Assembly: GCA_051530055.1 (NCBI GenBank)
Contig: CM121342.1
Location: 8,943,480-9,007,479 of the forward strand
Source: Neoechinorhynchus agilis
Taxonomy: Eukaryota; Animalia; Acanthocephala
Direction: 5' to 3'
DNA length: 64,000 bases
The stretch's first letter is position 1, and each line of letters opens with the position of its first letter. Of the stretch, positions 49,440-59,598 are shown one piece after another. Below the pieces are notes generated by a model. The model was not told the origin of the DNA, searched no databases, and saw nothing but the letters and a program-made list of their open reading frames with translations. The translations under genes were made by a program, and so were the position numbers.

Positions 49440-51004
49440 CAGAGTTTGTTCAATTTCTTCAAAATGTTTCCTAACTGCGAGAATGATGAACAAAAGACAG
49501 TAGCATCCGATTTCACGAGATGATAATTTGTCTTCTTCTGATTCGCGAATTATTATAACCATTTTTAATTGTTTTGCAACACAGCATTTGTGCAATTTCT
49601 TTAAAATATTTCTTAACTGCGAGAATGATGAACAAAAGACAATAGCATCCGATTTAACGAGATGATAATTTGTCTTCTTCTGATTCGCGAATTATTATAA
49701 CCATTTTTAATTGCTTTGCAACACAGCATTTGTGCAATTTCTTTAAAATATTTCTTAACTGCGATAATGATGAACAAAAGACAGTAGCATGCGATTTAAC
49801 GAGATGATAATTTGTCTTCTTCTGATTCGCGAATTATTATAACCATTTTTAATTGCTTTGCAACAAAGCATTTGTGCAATTTCTTTAAAATATTTATTAA
49901 CGGCGAAAATTATGATCAAAAGATAGGGACATCCGATTTAACGAGATGATGATTTGTCTTCTTCAGATTCGCGAATTATTATAACCATTTTTTAATTGCT
50001 TTACAACACAGCAATTGTGCAATTTCTTTAAAATATTTCTTAACTGCGATAATGATGAACAAAAGACAGTAGCATCCGATTTAACGAGATGATAATTTGT
50101 TTTCTTCTTATTCGTTAATTAGTGTAATCAGATTTTAATTGCATGGTAGCACAGAATTTGTTCAATTTCTTTAAAATATTTCTTAACGGCGAAAATTATT
50201 ATCAAAAGATAGGGACATTCGATTCAACGAGATGATGACTTGTCTTCTGATTCGTTAATTATTGTAATCATTTTCTAATTGCTTTTAAAAGCACGAGTCG
50301 CTATCTATCATTCAAATATTTCAAAACAGCGAAAATGATGAACAAAAAGACATTGACATCCAATTTAAAGAGATGATGATTTGTCTTTTTCTGATTGGCG
50401 ATTTATTGCAATCAGTTTTTTAAATGTTTTTTCAAGACTTGTTCAGTTTCTTTAAAATATTTATTAAGAGCGATAAATTTAAACAAAAGACAGGGCATCC
50501 AAAATAAAGTTAGAATGATGATTTTCTTCTGATTCGCGAATTATTATAACCATTTTTAATTGCTTTGCAACACAGCATTTGTGCAATTTCTTTTAAATAT
50601 TTCTTAACTGCGATAATGATGAACAAAAGACAGTAGCATCCGATTTAACGAGATGATGATTTGTCTTCTTCTGATTCGTGAATTATTGTAATCATTTTTA
50701 ATTGCTTTGCAACACAGCATTTGTTCAATTTCTTTAAAATATTTCTTAACGGCGAAAATTATGATCAAAAGATAGGGACATCCGATTTAACGAGATGATG
50801 ACTTGTCTTCTGATTCGTTAATTATTGTAATCATTTTTCTAATTGCTTTTAAAAGCACGAGTCGCTATCTATCATTAAATATTTCAAAACAGCGAAAATG
50901 ATGAACAAAAAGACATTGACATCCAATTTAAAGAGATGATGATTTGTCTTTTTCTGATTGGCGATTTATTGCAATCAGTTTTTTAAATGTTTTTTCAAGA
51001 CTTG
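49440..51004 (+). repeat. ~142-nt tandem array, ~11 units; consensus resembles a C/D-box snoRNA plus spacer
   Basis: Unit starts at about 49472, 49614, 49756, 49898, 50041, 50184, 50324, 50465, 50605, 50747 and 50885. Confidence 0.92.
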
Positions 51005-53623
51005 TTCTCTGATAAAGATCGCTGGCTGCCCTCTGGTCTTTTGTTGCAAAAAGACCATAGTTGAAAACTCGCGAAACAAGAAAATTGACCCGGAAACGTC
51101 ACGAATTAAAAATTTGTTCAATTCTTACTTGTGGCCATCTCTTAGAGACACGACATTTTGACGTGGGAACTACGACAACCCAACTACGTATTCGGCCCCA
51201 TCAAATACCGTGGAAACACCCAACGCTACCGGGACACCAGGCCTAAATTCTGTTCATGAAATCACTACTTTGGGACAAGCAATTTCATTTGCACGTCAAA
51301 CACACGATCCTTATGCCGCTGCAATGATACAATTTGACGCAACCAGCCAAGACAGCCCAACTACGTATTCGGACCCATCAGGTACCGTGGAAACACCCAA
51401 CGCTACCGGGACACCAGGCCTAAATTCTGTTCATGAAATCACTACTTTGGGACAAGCAATTTCATTTGCACGTCAAACACACGATCCTTATCCGATGTCA
51501 CGACCCGTTGCCGCTGCAATGATACAATTTGACGCAACCAGCCAAGACAGCCCAACTACGTATTCGGACCCATCAGGTACCGTGGAAACACCCAACGCTA
51601 CCGGGACACCAGGCCTAAATTCTGTTCATGAAATCACTACTTTGGGACAAGCAATTTCATTTGCACGTCAAACACACGATCCTTATGCCGCTGCAATGAT
51701 ACAATTTGACGCAACCAGCCAAGACAGTTCAACTACATATTCAGACCAATCAAATGCCGAGGAAACGCCCAACGCTACCGGGGCACCAGGCCTCTCCAAA
51801 GGTTTATGCCCCGTTTGTTTAGACTCTTTTTCCATCACGAAATTCGGTGTTCTGCGCATTCATGGGCCCGTCAAATCACGTTGTGGAGGGTCTGGTCAAA
51901 TCCCGCGATCGCTTAAAACGGCAACACCAGAAAATCCGTCGACGCTCCCCGATGACGCCGGTAGTCTTCCTTCCGCTGCTGATCTCGTGCGTGTTCTTCC
52001 CAGGAACATTCTGAAACGGATCCCAAAGGGCGCACGATATCTAGTAGCTAAAGGATTCACTACACTTCTGCTGGACTGCTTCGAGCAAATTTTAAAGTCT
52101 TCTTGGACACGGCTCTTTGCCTTCCCTAGACTTGTACTTTCCGCTTTCGACAGTTGGGAGGAGTCCCTCACTGCGTTAATCAAAAGACGCCTCGTATCCT
52201 TTGACGAAAGTTTCTTGAGCATTGGCCGTTTAGCAAAGGAGGATTCCAAACAACGTGCGAATGAGACTAACTGCCATCGAGCATCTACGAGACAGCTTGC
52301 TAAGAACGTGTCTTCAAAACTCGCGGATGGAGATGTTTGGGGAGCTGCCCGTATTTTGTCCTCCTCTGATACGTTTGCAAGTGATTCGCCCTCCACACTT
52401 CAGGGTTTAAAGTTGAAGCATCCGCAAGGTTCAACCCAAACAGAAATTCCTACATGTTCCGTCCCTCAAAGGCACTCCACTTCGACAGTTGAACTGAGAA
52501 TGGCCATATCCTCCTTCGCCAATGGCTCTGGTCATGGTCTCGATGGACTTCGTCCTCAGAAATTAAAGGATAAGATGTCGTTCTCAGTTGGAGATGTAGG
52601 CCACTCCCTTGTTACCCATCTTTGTCGACTAGTCGACCTTTTCATCGAAGAAAATTTACATCCGCAGGCAATAGAGTTATTTTTTGGCGCATCTTTGTGC
52701 GCTTTGAACAAAAAGACTGGTGGGATTCGTCCCAACGCCGTTGGCTCTGCTCTACGTCGGCTCGTAGGTAAAATCCTTTGCAACCGTATTGCAGAAGGGA
52801 TATGGCAGCAACTTCGCCCAGTTCAACTGGGATGCTGCACACCCTGCGGGTCCGAAGCCATTGTCCACGCACTCCGCCAGTTTATCACCAATCGTTCAAC
52901 GCCGTGTGTGATTTTGAAGTGCGACTTTAGAAATGCTTTCAATTCCATTTACCGTACCGCTCTGTTTGAGTCACGTACCAGAAGCTTTTCCTTATTTTCT
53001 CAACGCATGCGGGACCCCGACTCCTTTGCTGTTCAACGATCATCTCATTTGGTCCGAAAGAGGAGTACAGCAGGGAGACCCTCTCGGTCCAATCGCTTTC
53101 TCCTTTGCAGTTAATCCAATAGCGCACTCTCTCCGGTCCAACTTTAACGCTTGGTACCTTGATGACGCTACCCTCGGAGGTGATCCCTCCGTAGTACTGC
53201 GCGATCTGGAGACACTCGTAAGGGAGACTGCGAGATTGGGCGTTGAGCCGAATTGTTGGTAATGAACATCGAAGACGAGTCATCGCAGAGCGAAATCGTC
53301 GAAGGTTCTAGAAATCTGGCTCCCGGTTTTAAATTGATCACTCTGGACCGGCTGAGTCTTCTAGGGAGCTGCGTTTTTGATTCAAATTTGGAAAATGAGA
53401 TCGACCATCTATTCCTGAACATCATGATGCTGTGCGATAGAGTCCGAGAACTTTCGTCACACGAGGCTCTATTCCTGATCAAGAATACCCTCTTCATCCC
53501 GAAACTACTTTATAAACTGCGCATGGCTTCTTTTGTCAAGCACGTCGATAAGTTAAAGAAGCTCGATGACATTGTGAAGGCGTGTCTCAAGCACATTTTA
53601 AATATCCAGCTATCAGACGAGGC
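51005..53623 (+). mobile_element. CRE-clade retrotransposon (copy 3) with expanded N-terminal repeats, 3'-truncated
   Basis: 634-aa ORF: three 59/65/59-aa repeats, then the same zinc-finger/RT sequence as copies 1-2; GVQQGDPLGP and WYLDD in the +1 frame. Confidence 0.9.
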
Positions 53624-53939
53624 CTGACATGCTTTTAGTGCCGCAAAACCGCACCAACTTTGAACCGAATCCGATCCAACGATTGAAGTCCATATTTCGG
53701 ATATTGGCAGGTGTTTCATTATAATTGAATGTTCCTTACCAACGACAGTATCGGAACGGTCAAGAGCTAAGATTTGATTTCGAAATACTGTTCTCGTCTT
53801 CACACGAATTCGGATGTAGAAGATTTTGTTGAGCATTTGTGTAGCAAAAGTCGAGCCTTTCCATTATTTGATTCTTGACAAGTTCCATTGGCGACGCTCT
53901 CACAAGTTACTCGATCGTTCATTGGCATTGAATAATAAC

Positions 53940-56460
53940 TGACGATTTTGTCAGTTATACAAAATCCTATCGATATTCAATTAAGCAATAATAATTTTTT
54001 ATGACAACAGTCCAAAGGAAAAAAGACGCTTCATTAAGATTAAGATAAGTTTTTGAACAATGCCCTTAATGCGAGAAATGCTTTATTTTTTAATGTCTAA
54101 AGGGTTTGGGAGAATTTAAAATGATTATCTCGTCTCACAATAAAGAACAAGTGCTTTTGCAAGAATAAATATAGATCCCTTTTATGTAACAAAGATTTAT
54201 ACCACGATTAGTTCAGAATGAAAACTCACTTTCGAAGAACATTTAAGGTAAAAGTATTTAAAATTGTTCTGCTGAATTTTAAAAATGCTGAACCTTTCAA
54301 TTTTTCTACAATTAAAATCTTCGAAGATTTATTAAATTTTTTGTTGACATGCGATAATTATGTAAATATTTTTAGAGATTCGAAAACGTAAAGGCAAGCA
54401 ATGTAAATAATGATTGTTTTCTGGCGTAGAAATTAAAATCATTTTATTTTTAAAATCCGGTATTTCGGCACAATCCTGTGCCTTTATCAAGGTTGTTTGC
54501 AAGTTTTAACAACTGTGAAGAGAGAGCCACAAACACAGTCGAAAACCAGTTACATACAGAAACGAGAATGCCGAACAAACGATTAGCAAATATCAAGGAC
54601 AAGTGAATCGAAGAGATATGCTGTGACCTTCAAGAAAATTTGCATGGAGATTGCAGGGCGCCATTCAGGCGCTAGCGAAAAGAAATCTGCGAGAATTATT
54701 GATTCGACCGGTTACAGTTTATTATATTCTTAACTGTGAAATGATCCAAATGGTCGAGCAAATGGCAAGCAATGAGGAGTCCTCAAGTATAAAATGGTTC
54801 GACCGAAAATTAAGGATCAAATTCAAGAGAATATTGGAAGCAAACCACTGCAGGCTACCAAAATATAAGAAATATACAACCGTAAGTGTTGCGCCATCAA
54901 TTCCGACGCGACTACGCGAAGATACAAATTAAGAAACGGAAAAAGGAAGGTAGTGAACAAAGCGGATCCGTCGCCTAAAAGGTTCGAAAGGGAAAAGATC
55001 CAACGAAGGAAAGGGGTCAGGTGACATGAAATCAACTAGCGATTCAAGCATCGACAACACGAATATTCAATCCAATCGTTCCGACGTCTTAGCCCTTCAA
55101 CAAAGACTTCTTCATCTATTAGACAATCAGCGAAGGGCTAAGAGCGTTGAACTGGTCAATAGCGTTTTATCCGAGGTGTTATCGTGCACAACGAATCCTA
55201 ATGAAGTAATAGAATTCGGACTAATGAATATTCTGTCTGAGAGAGCAAATAATGAGTTGAATGCTCCGCTAATGGACATGATCGGGAAAATGGGATCGAA
55301 GATCACCGAGGTTTTGACATGCCCAGTTTCTCAGGTTTCCAGAAAGAGATCGACGGAGTGAAAATAACGTACCAAGGAACTATTTCGAAAAAGAGATCCT
55401 TAAACCCGTCCAATGAAATTGAATTAAGTACCAAATACCTCTGCTGCCGGTTAAAAATTATTATCGATGAAAAATACGCCGTCTCCAAACACGCCATGTT
55501 TACGAGAATATTGATTTCGATGATTCAAGGAGAAATTTCGGGAAGTGATGTTCGAAACTATAATTTGGTTGGAAGCATTGAAAGCGATCGAAAAAATCCG
55601 GAAAATATAAGACACGGGGGTCGCGCCGATAAATTATTTAAGAAAATGGAGGACTTTATTCCGATTGAACAATCTCGAAAACGTGCTGTTGTCTTTGGAA
55701 GCAAATATGGTGGTAAAATGTTAACAACGGAGGGGACAAATAAAAAAAGTCGATTTGAAATCAGCGGGAAAAGCTTCAAAAAAGAAAGGGTAATGCCCGA
55801 AAAGTAGAACGTGGTCGCTATGACAACTTTTGATCTATTTATTAAAATCAACCTAAGCTTTGAAAGTTTCAAAGGAGCGACAAATATAACTGCGGATTTC
55901 TCGGGATACCGTATTCGTGGACATCCCAATCTTTCGTTGGGGTGTGGGGATTCTTTGAAACGAATGATTTGTCGGGATGCCGTTAATGTGGTAAACCCCA
56001 TTCCGTCGTTGGGTTATAGAAGGATTTCTCGGTATGCCGTAGTCGTTGTACATCCAAATCATCCGTTGAAGGATTCTTTAAAACGAAGGATTTCTTGAGA
56101 TAACGTCAAGCTAAAGGCAATAAATCAACTTATTTCAATCATTTATTTTATGAGAATGTCGCGTTTTGTGAAAGATTTGGTACAATTCTTCGCAATGCTT
56201 TAAAGCTACATTCTGTACTTTGAGTTTCCAGGACTAATATGATCCAGGCTTTTTTAACGGATTGCAGACTTCACTAAAAATCGTAAAAAATTACCATTTC
56301 TAATCTAAAAAGTAAAAACAGGGGATTTTCAATAGTATTTTCATCATGCGGTCGCGTTATTTTTCATCAATACAAATTTCTCCTTGTAAAATTATGTCAA
56401 TTCACAATTAATTAAAGTGTGCTCCTTCATGAAATAAATATTAGGGGTTTGAATCGATTT
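53940..56460 (+). repeat. Longest copy of unidentified family X
   Basis: Contains ORFs 54651-54932, 55026-55361, 55319-55807 and 55811-56098; pieces recur at 14.3, 22.9, 35-36.9 and 42.8-43.9 kb. Confidence 0.75.
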
Positions 56461-57147
56461 GTTAGTAACAATATTCAGTTTATAAATAAAATTATAGGTC
56501 ACGTAAAAATTAATCATTGTTTAGTAACCATATTTCTCGACCTGCGGAATTAAGAGATAAACTTTATTTAAGCATCGATCAAAAGCTTAAGAAATTGTTT
56601 TTCAAACTGCAAGTTGATTCTTTGTCCGCTTTAATCCTTTTTTAACAAATTATTTCTAACAAAAATCTGGAATTTTAATAACCGTTTCAATCGTTGCAAT
56701 TTTGGTTAAAACGATGGCAGTTTTATCTTATCAGAGTGTTTCGTTTATTCATTTCTTCAAGAGGTGACTTATGATTTTTTTAAATGTGTACTTTCTATTG
56801 TATTTGACTTTTTGGGTTTAAAAGAAAAGATTGCTTGTATTAATGTAAGAGTGGATTTTTCTAACTAAGAATAAAATTCGATCGAGTTTTTCCTTCGAGC
56901 AGTTCGGTTCATTTTCTCTATACGGCGAGTTTTTCAATTTTCGAGACCTCAACCTCTTTATCCCGGGGTCGATGTTTTCGAAACTTAAGATTAATACACA
57001 TCTTGCGGGTTTGAGCCAGATTAATATCAGTTGGGTCACAGTTGGAGATTCTAATGAATTTCCTGCCGAACTACTCATACATGCCGCTCCAAACGTAACT
57101 TATGAAGCAGCAGAATATGATATGAATGCGAGAAGAATTAATTGTAA

Positions 57148-57190
57148 ACATTCAAATTTTCGAGGCCTCAACATCCTTATCAAGCATCTA
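57148..57190 (-). ncRNA. Degenerate minimal hammerhead at the PLE 3' end
   Basis: Minus strand tgc-TTGATAA-g-gatgt-tgag-gcctc-GAAA-at-TT-gaa; same family as the 1-38 and 191-228 copies. Confidence 0.6.
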
Positions 57191-57238
57191 AAATCACATG
57201 TAGCAGGAGAGCTCATTTGATCCCTGGACGCGGGACCA

Positions 57239-58240
57239 TCAATTTCTGAGGTGACGCTTCACCCTATGCGCTGCTGCTCCACGGAGGTTATTTGTCCGAA
57301 GGACAAGAGCGAAGTTGCTCTTGTTGCCTTCCATTGTCCTCTCCGCGTTGATGAGAAAGGCTTCCTTGATCAGCCTTCTTTGGAGCCCGCTCTCTACCAT
57401 TTTCACCTTCGTTCCTCCGAAGTCGGTTGTGTGGTCATTTCGCACGGCGTGGTTGAAGATGGCCGATGGTACGTCACTCTGTTTGAGTTCGTATTCATGC
57501 TGCCTCACTCTTTTCCAAATACCCTGCTTCATTTGTCCAATATAGACATGGTTACAGTCCTTGCAGGGGACAGAGTAGACCACGCAATCATTGCCCTTGA
57601 GTTGCTCCGGCTTCGACTTGAAAACGCTGTTCAAATTCACTCCTGCAGGGTGGTACGGTATGAGATTCACCGAACTCGATTTCGTCGCAATGTGAGAGAG
57701 GAGGTTTCTCATTTTTGAAGAACGGTAATGAACTCGGATGAATCTCGTTTTCTTCTCGCTCAACTTGTCTTCTTTTCCTTTTTCATGCCCCTTTTTTCTT
57801 CCTTTTGTATGGGCCAGTGCCTTCTTAATGACGTGGGTGGGGTACTCAAGGTCTCTTAGTTTCCGCTCGATGATGTTTATGCTCCTTTTTGTCACATACT
57901 TATTGCTCCCTATTTCCAGCGCTCTCGAGAATAGATTGCAGACAGCGTTAGCCTTATATCTGTTGGAGCTTTCGTATTTGAGGACAAGTTCCACGATCAG
58001 ACGAATGGTGTGGCGATGGGTTCACCGCTAGGTCCAGTACTCGCCAGCATCTTCATGATCCAATACGAAAAAGAGCTATTGGTGAAGTTCCCACAAATCG
58101 AAGCTTGGTTCAGGTATGTCGACGACGTGTTCGCTATCACAAACGAGGTCCCTAACAAAATGAAGCTCGAGGAACAGCTGAACGCGATAAACCCGTCGAT
58201 AAAGTGGACAATCGAACCAGAAGACAAAAATGGGCGGATA
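57239..58240 (-). mobile_element. PLE with 5' inversion: thumb plus GIY-YIG on minus (57994-57239), RT core inverted on plus (58010-58240)
   Basis: Minus: LFSRALEIGS...VVYSVPCKDCNHVYIGQMKQGIWKRVRQH...TMEGNKSN. Plus: MAMGSPLGPVLASIFM...WFRYVDDVF...IKWTIEPE. Confidence 0.9.
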
Positions 58241-58849
58241 GGCAGCGAATTGTTTTTTACTTTATTTTCCTTTTTGTACCTGTAACCTAAGATTTATGCC
58301 GTCACCGACCATATAAAGCAATCTTTAAGCTGCAGCAATAAATAAACATTAAATTTTGTTAAATCTTCATAAAATAAGTCATTCATTGGCAATCACTATA
58401 CCAGCAGATGCTCGTGTCTTTAAGGTGCAACCTTAATTTCTTGAAAATCACTTAACGTGAAATCAAAGAGCCGATTTCCTTTTTGGGTTCTGTTAATTTG
58501 ATTAATGTGTCTTCGTTGTCTGTTAAGCTCGTAACCAATTTTTAGGCAAGTTCCTTGAATAGAAAGACGATTAGATGTAAATTTCCGTTTCGCTCATGTC
58601 GTTCCGTTATAAGATCTAAGATCCTACTTTACAAAAGACAAATTGCGTTTCCGCGCCCGCTGATTTAGCGGCAACAGAGTTCAAGGTAAATATAATGAAA
58701 ACGTTGATATCAAATTCAATAGTTTATTAGAGGGCATTTCATTTTTATATCGAGAAATCACGCAAAGTGCAATCAAGTCATTTTACTCAGACAACTTTTT
58801 TTAAGAAATTAACTGCACATTCCTCGAGATATCCTAGACTAGAAGTAAG

Positions 58850-59285
58850 GCTAAGATAGCAATTTTTTTAGGAAAAAAAACCTTTTGCTTGTGGGGGTAC
58901 GACATGTCGAGAAGTGGGTATTTTTATTAAAAAACGTTGGAGATGTATATTTATTCTTGAAACAATGGCCTACAATTTTTTATTCTTTCACTCTTAAGGT
59001 AGCAATTTTTTTAGGAAAAAACCTTTTGCTTATGGGGGTACGACATGTCGAGAAGTGGGTATTTTTTATTAAAAAACGTTGGAGATGTATATTTATTCTT
59101 GTAACAATGGCCTACAATTTTTTATTCTTTCACTCTTAAGCTAGCAATTCTTTAGGAAAAAATAAAACATTTTTCTTGTGGATGTTGGACATGTCGAGAA
59201 GTGAGTATTTTTTACCAAAAAACGTTAGAGATGTAAATTTATTCTTGTAAGAATGACCCACAATTTTTTATTCTTTCACTCTTAT
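58850..59285. repeat. ~142-143-nt tandem repeat, 3 units
   Basis: Units start at about 58852, 58995 and 59137 (taagntagcaatt...gacatgtcgagaagtg...ttctttcactct). Confidence 0.9.
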
Positions 59286-59367
59286 ACCCTTTTCCGGAAA
59301 ACTAGCGTATATTTTCGATTGAAACCTTGCAAAAATTACGCCTTACAGATATCTAAACTACTTGGAA

Positions 59368-59598
59368 ATGAAGTTGGCAGTAATTCTAGTTCTGGTCGTT
59401 GCAACAATGAGTTCCAAGATTCCGGATTTTTGCTATTCTCCAGCAACCGAAGGCTTAATACACTGCAAGGCAGCATTTCCTAGATGGACTTATAACTCTA
59501 AACTGGGAAAATGCGTTTAATACCTTTATGGCGGCTGCAAAGGAACGAAAAATCTATTCATGACGGAACAGGAATGCAAAGAGGTATGCGATCCATGA
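59368..59598 (+). pseudogene. Secreted single-domain Kunitz/BPTI inhibitor with one premature TAA (not in the ORF track)
   Basis: MKLAVILVLVVATMSSKIPDFCYSPATEGLIHCKAAFPRWTYNSKLGKCV*YLYGGCKGTKNLFMTEQECKEVCDP*; signal-peptide-like N-terminus, six Cys, YGGC; TAA at 59518-59520. Confidence 0.9.

Noticed and set aside
49440-51004. CRISPR array
   Set aside because: Eukaryotic context, no unique spacers (whole units repeat) and no cas genes.
29803-59598. Stop-codon reassignment, suggested by in-frame stops in b561 (TGA), Kunitz (TAA) and OGT
   Set aside because: The intact genes end in TGA (NHP2), TAG (NDK) and TAA (sarcoglycan), and the OGT stops replace different residues (W to TGA, Y to TAA). 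This fits pseudogene decay or sequencing error.
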